The notes under the pieces are model-generated. The model worked only from the letters and a program-made list of their open reading frames with translations. It ran no database searches and had not been told where the DNA came from. DNA of 32,000 nt from Candidatus Saccharimonas aalborgensis (GTDB lineage Bacteria > Patescibacteriota > Saccharimonadia > Saccharimonadales > Saccharimonadaceae): the NCBI RefSeq assembly GCF_000392435.1, contig NC_021219.1:570001-602000 (forward strand). Direction: 5' to 3'. This document shows positions 7,096-15,614 of the stretch, piece by piece (the stretch's first letter is position 1; every line of letters begins with the position of its first letter). Made by a program: the position numbers and the translations under genes.

Positions 7096-8775
7096 ATGGA
7101 TACTATTCGCGAAGCGGTCAATTCAGTTATTGAATCGTTGTATAATAAACAACTTGTTGCTCATATTGAGCGACCCGACTACCACTATGGTGATTTCGCG
7201 ACAAACGTGGCGCTACAGATCGCACCTGGTCTGGGTCGTCCGCCCCGCGAAGTTGCGCAGGAACTTGCGGAAGCGCTTCAGGCTCATCCTCTATTCAATG
7301 AAGTATCGATCGCTGGTCCAGGATTTATCAATATGCGACTGACGGATAAGGCATTGGCCGCTCTGGTGACGACTGTGCCCCAGGCGCAGTTGGATGGTAG
7401 ACATTACGTTGTGGAATACAGCTGTCCGAATGCCTTTAAGGAGCTTCACACGGGGCATCTCTACCAAACAGTGCTCGGTGATATGTTGTGTCGACTGCTC
7501 GAAGCGAGTGGAGCACGGGTAACGCGGACGAGCTTCGGCGGCGACGTCGGATTGCATGTGGCGAGATGCCTATGGGGAATCGTCGATACCATTGGCGGTG
7601 AATATCCTGAGAAATTGGATGATGTCGACAAAACACCGTTTGGTCGAGCGCGGTGGATTAGCGACTGTTATGTCCGCGGTGCCGCCGCTTATGAAAGCTC
7701 CGAGCAAACAAAGCAAGCTATCGATACTCTCAATAAAACGATCTACGAATTTCACGCGAGCGATGATCACCAGTCTGCACTTGCGCAGATCTATTGGGAG
7801 ACACGTCAGTGGAGTTTTGACTATTTCGAGGCGTTTTATAAAGAGATACAGGTGGATACGATGCGCTATTACCCAGAGAGTAGCACAGCACCAACTGGTC
7901 TCGAAGTTGTCCGTGAGCAGCTCGCGAAGGGAACGGTGGTTGAGTCAGAAGGAGCGGTCGTTTTCAGAGGAGATGAGACGCAGCATCTCCATACGCGGGT
8001 GTTTATTACCAGCAAAGGTCTGCCGACCTACGAGACAAAAGATATCGGTGTGATTTGGCTCGAGCGACAAGAATATCAGTTTGACCATCGTGTGTTGATC
8101 ACCGGTAACGACCAAAAAGAATATATGCGTGTGGTATTTGCGGCGGCGGAGATATTTGATCCAAGCTTGTCGGGTACGATGACGCATATTACGAACGGCA
8201 CGGTGCGATTTGGGGATGGTAAAAAAATGAGTTCGCGCCTAGGAAACGTTGCTCGGGCGATTGACGTGGTAAATATCGTACGCGATAAAGTGAAGGAGCT
8301 CGTGTCCGATCCTTCGCTGACCGACGCCGTTGCCCTTGGGGCCATCAAATATGTATTTGCCAAATACCGTGTGGGAGGCGACATTGCTTTTGATATTGAC
8401 GAGACGGTGAGCTTAGCGGGTAATAGCGGGCCATATATCCAATATGCTCACGCTCGTGCGTGCAGCATTTTGCAAAAAGCGAATCAAAAAGGTGCACCAA
8501 TTCACACGGGCTCTTTTGATAGTACTGAGCGGGTTCTCCTGTATAAACTTGGTGAGTATACAGCTGTAGTCGAAAAAGCAACGACAGAGTTCGCTCCTCA
8601 TGGGATTTGTAGCTACCTCTATGAACTTGCTCAAGCATTCAACCGGTTTTACGAGCAATCACGCATCATCGGTGATGAGCGCGAGGCAGTACGCCTCAGT
8701 CTCGTCGAAACCTACCGGGATGTGTTGGCCTCAGGACTCGCAATTCTCGGTATCGAAGCAGTCGAAAAAATGTAA
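7096..8775 (+). CDS. argS: Arginine--tRNA ligase
   Basis: The class I HIGH motif appears as ELHTGHL. There is a KKMSSRLGN (KMSKS-like) motif and a C-terminal anticodon-binding DALR-type region (..ICSYLYELAQAFNRFYEQ..). The ORF-track start 7087 is 3 codons upstream. Confidence 0.9.
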   Translation: MDTIREAVNSVIESLYNKQLVAHIERPDYHYGDFATNVALQIAPGLGRPPREVAQELAEALQAHPLFNEVSIAGPGFINMRLTDKALAALVTTVPQAQLDGRHYVVEYSCPNAFKELHTGHLYQTVLGDMLCRLLEASGARVTRTSFGGDVGLHVARCLWGIVDTIGGEYPEKLDDVDKTPFGRARWISDCYVRGAAAYESSEQTKQAIDTLNKTIYEFHASDDHQSALAQIYWETRQWSFDYFEAFYKEIQVDTMRYYPESSTAPTGLEVVREQLAKGTVVESEGAVVFRGDETQHLHTRVFITSKGLPTYETKDIGVIWLERQEYQFDHRVLITGNDQKEYMRVVFAAAEIFDPSLSGTMTHITNGTVRFGDGKKMSSRLGNVARAIDVVNIVRDKVKELVSDPSLTDAVALGAIKYVFAKYRVGGDIAFDIDETVSLAGNSGPYIQYAHARACSILQKANQKGAPIHTGSFDSTERVLLYKLGEYTAVVEKATTEFAPHGICSYLYELAQAFNRFYEQSRIIGDEREAVRLSLVETYRDVLASGLAILGIEAVEKM

Positions 8776-8781
8776 GGTAGT

Positions 8782-9063
8782 TTATGAGCGTGGAGAAACG
8801 GTCGCGCCACCCTGCTTATCAACGGACACGCTAATCTCAGGAGTATTCAAACATGCCAAAAGTATGGCACGCATTCCATAATGCGTTACCATCGTGCCTT
8901 CCGGAAATTCGGTTCTCTCTCTATCTTCGAAACGGAGGGTGAAGGGGCGACCTAACGGGAAAGATGAAAATGGCGTATTAAGCGACCTGCCTTCTGCCAC
9001 CACAATTTCTAGCATATGAAACGAGCCTTCTTCCACCTGATGCTTGGGTAACTCGTGAGTCAT
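8782..9063 (-). CDS. Hypothetical protein (93 aa), last gene of the argG-argH transcription unit
   Basis: The internal Met of ORF 8782..9213 is preceded by AAAAGGAGGTGAG. Translation begins MTHELPKHQVEEGSF. No recognisable domain. Confidence 0.55.
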   Translation of the reverse strand: MTHELPKHQVEEGSFHMLEIVVAEGRSLNTPFSSFPLGRPFTLRFEDRERTEFPEGTMVTHYGMRAILLACLNTPEISVSVDKQGGATVSPRS

Positions 9064-9118
9064 CTCACCTCCTTTTTGGCTAGTGTACCGATGAGTGGGG
9101 GTCGGTGTCAAGCGTAAG

Positions 9119-10309
9119 CTATTGCAGGGTACGTTTGACTTCGACGTAGGCATCACGAAATGCCATGCCCTCCGCGACACGTTTGTTGATCTTTGCAACG
9201 GTATAGAGCTCATCGGTCATAGCAGCGTCGAGATGTTTTGTGTTGAGCATGAGATTGCGAACACACAGTGTGAGAACCTCAAGCGTTTGCTGGGCTGATT
9301 GGCAGGCTTCGATGGTGATGGCTTTGGTAAGCTGGAGATCACGGTGATAGCCGCTGCCAACCCCGGCAGTAATTGCGTGTAGTTTTGTGATATGACCTGA
9401 GTAGGAGTGGGCGGTTGCGCGCATAATTTCAAAGACATCGTAATTTCTTTTGTGAGGCATAATCGACGAACCAGTCGTCATACTCTTTGGGAGTGAGAAG
9501 AAATTAAACTCTTGTGATGTAAATAACAGCATGTCCTCGGCAAACTTCCCCGCAAAGACCATGAAGGGGACAAAGGCCTGTATGGTGATGAGTTCAAATA
9601 CTCCGCGTGACAGACCGCAGTAGAGAGGGTTATCTTGCACTTTTGCAAAGGAAAGCTCTTTTGTTGTCATCTCACGGTCTAGAGGAAGTTCGATACCGAA
9701 GCCGGCTGCCGATCCGAGCGGGTTTTGGTCGATGAGGGCAAGCGTGTTTGTGAGATAGGGCAGGGTGTCGGCAAATGCATCACGGTACGAACCGAGCCAC
9801 AATGCCACAGTCGTAGGCATGGCTTTTTGGGTGTGCGTATAGCCGGGCATCGCTTGCGATCCAGCCGCTGCGATCGCTTGATCGTAGGCATCGCATAGCG
9901 TGGTAACTTCAGCGCTGATCGCCGAGAGCTGATCCTTGAGGTACAGCCGCATCATCACGAGCGCCTGATCGTTGCGGCTGCGGCCAGTGTGAACTTTTTT
10001 GCCGATCGGGCCTAGTTTGGCGGTGAGGTATTTCTCTATAGCAGTATGACCATCTTCGTCCTCTGATGTAACTACAAAAGTACCTTTCTGCCACTTATCG
10101 TAGAGAGCGTCGAGAGTATCAGCAATTTGCTTATATTCATCCCGAGAAAGGATACTGATACTCGAGAGCATGTGGGCATGTGCTTTTGTGGCGGTGATAT
10201 CGTAGCCAAGAAGTGTTTGATCGCAGCTACGGTCATTTCCCACCGTGTAGTGTTCGACAAGTGGGTGGAGCTCATCGTCATCAATTTGCCAAAGTTTAGT
10301 TGTCGTCAT
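9119..10309 (-). CDS. argH: Argininosuccinate lyase
   Basis: It starts MTTTKLWQ. The fumarate-lyase signature is GSSIMPHKRN, with TGRSRNDQ and TH.Q.A.P motifs. The ATG at 10309 overlaps the argG stop by 14 nt. The upstream 51 codons of the ORF-track entry are read-through of argG sequence. Confidence 0.9.
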   Translation of the reverse strand: MTTTKLWQIDDDELHPLVEHYTVGNDRSCDQTLLGYDITATKAHAHMLSSISILSRDEYKQIADTLDALYDKWQKGTFVVTSEDEDGHTAIEKYLTAKLGPIGKKVHTGRSRNDQALVMMRLYLKDQLSAISAEVTTLCDAYDQAIAAAGSQAMPGYTHTQKAMPTTVALWLGSYRDAFADTLPYLTNTLALIDQNPLGSAAGFGIELPLDREMTTKELSFAKVQDNPLYCGLSRGVFELITIQAFVPFMVFAGKFAEDMLLFTSQEFNFFSLPKSMTTGSSIMPHKRNYDVFEIMRATAHSYSGHITKLHAITAGVGSGYHRDLQLTKAITIEACQSAQQTLEVLTLCVRNLMLNTKHLDAAMTDELYTVAKINKRVAEGMAFRDAYVEVKRTLQ

Positions 10310-11561
10310 AGGTAAATACTCCGTATGCAGTTTTCTGGGCAAGCGTGTAAATCTCAATGAAGCCTGCTGATGCATTTTGATTGAATGCTTCGCTGGTGTC
10401 AAATGTGGCAAGACTATGGTCGAATAACGAATGAGGTGAGGTGAGACTAACAACGTTGGCATGTCCCTTGTGGAGTTCTACAGTAACCTCCCCCGTCACT
10501 TTCTTATTGTGATCGTCTATGTACGCTGAGATGTGATGAAGCGTAGGTTCGTGCCACTGAGCGGCGTACACCATGTAGGCCCATTTGGTATCCATGAGAC
10601 CTTTCAATTCGTTCTCGACTCTCGTTGAGACGAGTTGCTCAAGTTTTTTGTGCGCGGTGATAAGGATGGTCGCGGCGGGATTTTCGTAGACCCCTCGGAC
10701 CTTGAGTCCCACCAAACGATCTTCGATAAGGGTGACTACTCCGACACCGTGTGTCGCGCCGATCGTGTTGCAGGTTTCGATGATGCCAGTAAGAGACTGA
10801 GGTTTGCCATCAATCGAGACAGGGACGCCGTTTTTGAAGCCAATGACGATACGAGTGGCGTCTTGAGGTGTCTTGTCGAGGGGATTACACCAACTCAAAA
10901 TGGCGTGAGTTTTTGGGATGAGACTAGGATGCTCGATCTCTCCTCCTTCGCTGGTGATGCCCCACATATTTTCGTCCTTCGAGTAAGGCGAATCAAGGGT
11001 TTGAACGACAGGAATATCGTGGGCGATGGCGTAGGCGATTTCAGCCTCGCGCCCCATGCTCCACTCACGAACAGGTGCAATGATTTTGAGCGAAGGATCG
11101 AGCGTAGTGATATAAGATTCAAACCGCACCTGGTCGTTACCTTTGCCAGTCGCACCGTGTGCAATAACGTGACAGTTATTTTCTTTGGCAAATTTGACCG
11201 CTAACTCAGAAATGATAATTCTCCCAAGCGGTGTACTCAGCGCATAACCTCCCTGATAGTCGGCGTTTGCCTTGATGGCGTGCGAGAGGAATTTTTCGGC
11301 GAATTCTTTTTTTGCATCGTAGGTAATGGTTTTTTTTGCGCCAAGTTTTTTTGCTTTTGCCTCGATTGCTGTGAGGTCGTCGGCCGTTTGTCCGATATCA
11401 ATGGTGAGCGTAATAATCTCGCAGTGATACGTTTCTTGTATCCATTTCAGCATAACTGATGTATCGAGACCCCCCGAATAGAGCAGCAGGCAGCGTGAAA
11501 ACGTGTTTGGGTGAGCTTCGTGGCTGGCAACTTTTTTGTAGTTTGTCACTTCTTTGTTCAT
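10296..11561 (-). CDS. argG: Argininosuccinate synthase
   Basis: LLLYSGGLDTSVMLKWI (the N-type ATP-PPase SGGxDT motif) and ...AHGATGKGNDQVRFE.... ATG 11561 follows AAGAAGGGA. The longer ORF-track N-terminus has no homology-like sequence. Confidence 0.9.
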   Translation of the reverse strand: MNKEVTNYKKVASHEAHPNTFSRCLLLYSGGLDTSVMLKWIQETYHCEIITLTIDIGQTADDLTAIEAKAKKLGAKKTITYDAKKEFAEKFLSHAIKANADYQGGYALSTPLGRIIISELAVKFAKENNCHVIAHGATGKGNDQVRFESYITTLDPSLKIIAPVREWSMGREAEIAYAIAHDIPVVQTLDSPYSKDENMWGITSEGGEIEHPSLIPKTHAILSWCNPLDKTPQDATRIVIGFKNGVPVSIDGKPQSLTGIIETCNTIGATHGVGVVTLIEDRLVGLKVRGVYENPAATILITAHKKLEQLVSTRVENELKGLMDTKWAYMVYAAQWHEPTLHHISAYIDDHNKKVTGEVTVELHKGHANVVSLTSPHSLFDHSLATFDTSEAFNQNASAGFIEIYTLAQKTAYGVFTYDDN

Positions 11562-11589
11562 GGTAGGTCCCTTCTTGTGATAATAAATA

Positions 11590-11610
11590 CGCCCTCTTGG
11601 TGCGAGGGCG
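11590..11610 (-). promoter_or_regulatory. GC-rich hairpin (7-bp stem CGCCCTC/GAGGGCG, 7-nt loop) followed on the minus strand by UAUUUAUUAU, in the argG 5' leader; candidate attenuator or terminator
   Basis: The inverted repeat was read directly. It ends about 28 nt upstream of the argG ATG, just before the SD. Confidence 0.35.
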
Positions 11611-11739
11611 CGATTTTGGTTCAGATGATATATACGAAACATGCCCTCTTTAATGGCGAAGGCGACGACGGAAATCAGCAAATTGGTGATAACTCATGGG
11701 CTTAGTATACAGTGTGTCGTGAAAAAAATACAAGTACTC

Positions 11740-11768
11740 TTTACATAGCTGGACTGAGGCACTACAAT
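11740..11768 (+). promoter_or_regulatory. Sigma70-type promoter TTTACA-N17-TACAAT for the GNAT/M20 genes
   Basis: -35 lies at 11740-11745 and -10 at 11763-11768 with a 17-nt spacer. It is followed by a leader with AAGAGGTGAG before ATG 11817. Confidence 0.5.
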
Positions 11769-11816
11769 GGATCGACAACACTGAAGCAGTCAGATAACAA
11801 CCAAAGAGGTGAGTGT

Positions 11817-12383
11817 ATGTCGGCAGGAGCGGTGATAGAGCAATACAAACGGTGGGGAAATAGCGTCGAGCTACGCGTCTTTGACCATTTGCCGTATCAA
11901 CGCCGCCTTGAAATCGCGCGAGCTCTCGCAGTTGCAACGACGAGCAGCGCTGAGCAACCACTTCAAATGCTGCCGATTACACCCGAGGAGGTGTACGCGA
12001 AATACGCGGGCGTGGTCGCGCTTGTTGACGGGCAATTTGGCGGCTATGTGGGAGCCATGCAGCCGCTTAAACATGGAGTAAGGACCATGTCTGAGGTAGG
12101 CTCACTATGGGTACCGGGCGAATTTCGTCGACATGGTATCGGTACGTCGCTGACCAAATCAGTTAGTCGCCTGATACAGTTGGACGGCATTACGCCGTAC
12201 GCCTTCTGTAATCCTTCGAGTAAGGGTATTTTTGATGCGAGCGGTTACCAGGAGCGTACGCTCCGTGATGTTCCCGAGGAGGCAGGATCGCTCTGTGCCC
12301 GCTGTCCAAAGCTGGGAGCGAGAGTGCTTGGTGTAGAATGTTGCGATACTGTTATGGTGTATGAGGAACAGCATGACAAATAA
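11817..12383 (+). CDS. GNAT-family amino-acid N-acetyltransferase (short ArgA/NAGS-like)
   Basis: The acetyl-CoA motif is LWVPGEFRRHGIGTSL. The C-terminal VPEEAGSLCARCPKLG...VECCDTVMV resembles the ...C..CPK...CDE.AMV tail that I recall from short N-acetylglutamate-synthase-like GNATs. An SD precedes ATG 11817. Confidence 0.7.
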   Translation: MSAGAVIEQYKRWGNSVELRVFDHLPYQRRLEIARALAVATTSSAEQPLQMLPITPEEVYAKYAGVVALVDGQFGGYVGAMQPLKHGVRTMSEVGSLWVPGEFRRHGIGTSLTKSVSRLIQLDGITPYAFCNPSSKGIFDASGYQERTLRDVPEEAGSLCARCPKLGARVLGVECCDTVMVYEEQHDK

Positions 12384-13482
12384 TGTGCTCGAACACACCA
12401 AGGAACTCGTCCGTATTGCTTCCGTTTCCGGGAATGAGACAGAGATATTGGATTTTATCCATCGTTGGGCGACAGAAGCGGGGCTCTCAGATATCCATGC
12501 TACCAATAGGTTTGTGTGTGGTGTCGTACGCGCTAAAAAGCCAGCGAGGCGTGCATTGATTCTTTGCGGTCACATTGATACCGTTGCGTCGGGTGAGGTC
12601 AGCGAGTGGTCGCATATTCCTTGGGAGCCTGTCGAAGCCGATGGTCGGCTCTCTGGCCTGGGTGTCGGTGATATGAAGGCCGGTGTGGCGATTCAGATGG
12701 CCTGTATGGAATCTGCAGCCGCACATCCACACGAGTATGATCTATGGATAGCCGCAGTTGCTGCCGAGGAAGTTGATGGCGCAGGTGCGGCTGCGTTCAC
12801 TGATTACTTTGAGTCAAAGACAGACTATCAAGAGGTAAATTGTATTATCGCCGAGCCGACAAACGCTAGTCGTGTCGAGGTTGGTCACCGAGGTAATCGT
12901 TTTGTAACCTTTAGTTTCTCGGGAGAGGCTGGCCATGCGTCCCAAGAGCAGCAGTATGCTATTTCGTCTCTGCCGCCGCTCGTTGCGATGCTAAACGATC
13001 TTGAAGTGATTCGTGAGCATCTGCGCCGCAAGTATCGCAGTGAAGTAATGGGTGTACCGTCATTTACCCCTACCCGCGTAGGGTCGGGCAAGAATAGCTC
13101 GCTCAATAAAACAAGCGACCTGTCGACACTTTCAGTCGATATCCGTACCACGCCCGAGATGGACGAAGATTTTGAGCGATGGATCGATAACCTAGCGGCT
13201 ACCTATTCATGCACCTGGCGATATGACGCAAGCTTTGTACCTTCTGCATCTTGTTCGCGTTCGGCACCCATCCTTGCCTGCGCAAAACAGGTGACGGGTA
13301 TTGCTGCGTCGAGTATTAGCAGCGGTGCAACCGACCAAGCCTATTTCCAGCAGAAAGGTATCGACACGATTATTTATGGTCCGGGAGAGTTTGAACGTGC
13401 TCACACCTGTAACGAATCAATAAGCATCCAAGCGATAAAGGAGGTGTACCGGCAGTATACAGCTATCATGCAAGCGTATTAG
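12361..13482 (+). CDS. M20-family metallohydrolase (acetylornithine deacetylase ArgE / succinyl-DAP desuccinylase DapE type)
   Basis: Motifs are LILCGHIDTV, GLGVGDMKAGVA, AAEEVDGAGA, IIAEPT and VGHRGN..F...G.AGHAS. An alternative start is ATG 12373. It overlaps the GNAT stop. Confidence 0.85.
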   Translation: MRNSMTNNVLEHTKELVRIASVSGNETEILDFIHRWATEAGLSDIHATNRFVCGVVRAKKPARRALILCGHIDTVASGEVSEWSHIPWEPVEADGRLSGLGVGDMKAGVAIQMACMESAAAHPHEYDLWIAAVAAEEVDGAGAAAFTDYFESKTDYQEVNCIIAEPTNASRVEVGHRGNRFVTFSFSGEAGHASQEQQYAISSLPPLVAMLNDLEVIREHLRRKYRSEVMGVPSFTPTRVGSGKNSSLNKTSDLSTLSVDIRTTPEMDEDFERWIDNLAATYSCTWRYDASFVPSASCSRSAPILACAKQVTGIAASSISSGATDQAYFQQKGIDTIIYGPGEFERAHTCNESISIQAIKEVYRQYTAIMQAY

Positions 13483-13533
13483 ACCCATCAGTCATTGTGT
13501 AAAGCAACTCAACTAACCCCAGAAGGATAGATA

Positions 13534-14778
13534 ATGAACACACTTGAGAAACCAATTCACAATAATTCAGAGATCGGTACACTCCGCTCGGTGCTGCTGC
13601 ATCGTCCTGGAGGAGAACTAGAAAATCTCACCCCTGATACCATGGCCGAATTGCTGTTTGACGACGTGCCGTATTTGAGAGAAGCTCGGCGAGAGCACGA
13701 TGCGTTTGCTAACGTTTTGCGGACCCGAGGTGCAGAAGTACTGTATCTCGACCAGCTCGCCATAGAGGCGCTCGCTGATAATGAGGTTCGCAAGGCCTTT
13801 ACTGGCGAGATGATAGAAGGCTCAGGAATCGAGGGTCTCAGAACACGTGCCCGCGTAGCGAGCCATTTGGCCGATATGACGACTCACGATATGGTGTGGA
13901 AAGTCATGCAAGGTATCCGTAAGGATGAATTGCCAGGTGGCGACGATGAATTCCAGCTGGTTCGCCTTGCTACTGATAGGACACTACCATTTCACTTGGC
14001 TCCTATGCCAAACCTCTATTTTACTCGTGATCCAGCCGCTGCGATTGGAGATGGGCTGACGATCAATCACATGCGCTTTCCGGCGCGCCAGCGTGAATCA
14101 CTCTTTATGAGATATATTGTTTCTCATCATCCTCGTTTCGCAAAGAGCGGCGTTAAAGTTTGGTATGATCGCGAGCAACCCTATGCTGTCGAAGGAGGCG
14201 ATGAACTTGTGCTCAGTGACCGCGTCATGGCAATTGGTATGAGCCAACGCACCTCACCCCAAGCAGTTGAAATGATCGCAAGGGAGCTATTTGACCGATC
14301 AACGTTTGATACTGTGATAGGAGTCGAGATCCCTGACTCACGCGCTTTTATGCATCTCGACACTGTCTTTACAATGGTCGGGCCCAATTCGTTCTCGATC
14401 CACCCCGAAGTACGTGCTGGCAGTAATGCGATGAAACTCTATGTCATGAAAAAACGCGGCGAACACGGAGACATGGCTATCAGTGAGGAAAGTGATCTGA
14501 CAAAAGTCCTTTGCGACACACTGGGACTTGATGGTGTTCAGCTGATCGAGTGCGGTGCGGGCGATCCCATCGCTGCCGCTCGTGAGCAGTGGAACGATGG
14601 GTCAAACACACTGGCGATTGCTCCAAATGTAGTTGTCACGTATGACCGAAATACCGTTACCAACCGCGCTCTTAGAGAGTCGGGTATCGAAGTTATCGAA
14701 GTACCAAGTGGCGAGTTGTCGCGTGGCCGAGGTGGTCCTCGCTGCATGAGTATGCCACTTGTACGCGATGATGTATAG
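13534..14778 (+). CDS. arcA: Arginine deiminase
   Basis: Motifs are SEIGTLRSVLLHRPG.EL, FTRDP, HLDTVFTMV and the C-terminal GGPRCMSMPL (catalytic Cys). An SD (GAAGGA) precedes the ATG. Confidence 0.9.
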   Translation: MNTLEKPIHNNSEIGTLRSVLLHRPGGELENLTPDTMAELLFDDVPYLREARREHDAFANVLRTRGAEVLYLDQLAIEALADNEVRKAFTGEMIEGSGIEGLRTRARVASHLADMTTHDMVWKVMQGIRKDELPGGDDEFQLVRLATDRTLPFHLAPMPNLYFTRDPAAAIGDGLTINHMRFPARQRESLFMRYIVSHHPRFAKSGVKVWYDREQPYAVEGGDELVLSDRVMAIGMSQRTSPQAVEMIARELFDRSTFDTVIGVEIPDSRAFMHLDTVFTMVGPNSFSIHPEVRAGSNAMKLYVMKKRGEHGDMAISEESDLTKVLCDTLGLDGVQLIECGAGDPIAAAREQWNDGSNTLAIAPNVVVTYDRNTVTNRALRESGIEVIEVPSGELSRGRGGPRCMSMPLVRDDV

Positions 14779-14786
14779 GTATGGCA

Positions 14787-15086
14787 TTACGAGAGGGTGA
14801 GTGGAACGGGACATTCCTGCCGGGCAGCCTCGATGTATTCAGCGCGGTGAGTGGCATAATGCTCATAGCCGCGCCAGAGGGCTGCTTGGAGTGCTTGTCG
14901 AGCGAGTAGTAGATTTCGTTCGGCTTCTAAGGGTGACGTGGTTGCAGTGGGCTCTTTGGTCAAAAATGCTAGGAGGTCTTCGTTTGCCATCACTCTTTTT
15001 TCCCACACTCGCACATCGGCACGTAGTGCCAACATATCGCTGGTAAGTGAAGTGTTTTGGTTGGCTAAAGGGAAGCGTTCTGTCAT
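14787..15086 (-). CDS. Hypothetical protein (99 aa), predicted helical
   Basis: An ORF with no competing annotation. It is convergent with arcA with an 8-nt gap. No recognisable motif. Confidence 0.45.
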   Translation of the reverse strand: MTERFPLANQNTSLTSDMLALRADVRVWEKRVMANEDLLAFLTKEPTATTSPLEAERNLLLARQALQAALWRGYEHYATHRAEYIEAARQECPVPLTLS

Positions 15087-15211
15087 AGAGATACCTAGAT
15101 ATATTATATAATTATAAATTAAAATGAAATTGATGTCAAAGGGTATATCGACGTCTTGTCTGTCTGACGGGTCTATACTATACTGCTTTTATACATAACA
15201 GAGGAGGCGTC

Positions 15212-15565
15212 ATGCCAGCAAAGAGTGTTGCAAATGCAAAAGGTCATAGTGCAGGATTTATGAACTTCATCAGGGAGCAGGGGGTTGTTGGGTTGGCAGT
15301 CGGTCTGGCGATTGGTACTGCCGCAGGCGATACGGTCAAACAACTTGTCGGTGCCTTTATCGACCCGCTTGTTCAGCTGATCGTTGGTTCGCAGGCAGGC
15401 CTGAAGGCGGCCGAGTTTACGCTCAAGGTAGGTGATCGTGAGGGTGTCTTTGCATGGGGTGCTTTCGTGAGCTCGCTCATCACGCTCCTCGCAGTTGCAT
15501 TCGTCGTCTACGCCATTGTTCATTTGATGAAACTCGATAAACTCGATAAATCAAAAGACAAGTAG
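15212..15565 (+). CDS. mscL: Large-conductance mechanosensitive channel
   Basis: GFMNFIREQGVVGLAVGLAIGTAAG...FIDPL is the MscL TM1 signature. GAGGAGG lies 4 nt upstream of the ATG. Confidence 0.9.
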   Translation: MPAKSVANAKGHSAGFMNFIREQGVVGLAVGLAIGTAAGDTVKQLVGAFIDPLVQLIVGSQAGLKAAEFTLKVGDREGVFAWGAFVSSLITLLAVAFVVYAIVHLMKLDKLDKSKDK

Positions 15566-15598
15566 ACCCAATCTCGTTAGTTCATCCTAGTGCTGTTG

Positions 15599-15604
15599 TA
15601 TAAT
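15599..15604 (+). promoter_or_regulatory. -10 hexamer TATAAT, 10 nt upstream of ATG 15615
   Basis: Read directly. No SD lies between it and the start codon. Confidence 0.3.
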
Positions 15605-15614
15605 CAAAAGCATC

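Noticed and set aside
10635-11204. Long shadow ORFs antisense to, or out of frame with, well-supported genes: 10635..11204(+), 1572..2072(-), 3222..3683(-), 5287..5754(-), 7556..8053(+), 23812..24315(-) and 22210..22590(-)
   Set aside because: Each lies entirely inside a gene with strong family motifs on the other strand or in another frame. Their translations are low-complexity or Arg/Ser/Cys-rich, and none has an SD or -10 context.
9119-11681. Long N-terminal extensions of argH (to 10462) and argG (to 11681) in the ORF track
   Set aside because: The extensions contain no arg-enzyme-like sequence. In argH the extension overlaps argG coding sequence. The internal Met codons give canonical N-termini (MTTTKLW..., MNKEVTNYKKV...) with an SD or overlap coupling.
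11650-11961. 103-aa minus-strand ORF spanning the argG/GNAT divergent region
   Set aside because: It overlaps the GNAT promoter, SD and 5' coding region. It has no translation signals and its composition looks non-protein-like.
15530-15547. Tandem 9-bp repeat AAACTCGAT x2 at the 3' end of mscL (encodes KLDKLD)
   Set aside because: There are only two copies, they are in frame, and they lie in the poorly conserved MscL C-terminal tail. Nothing suggests phase variation or any other function.
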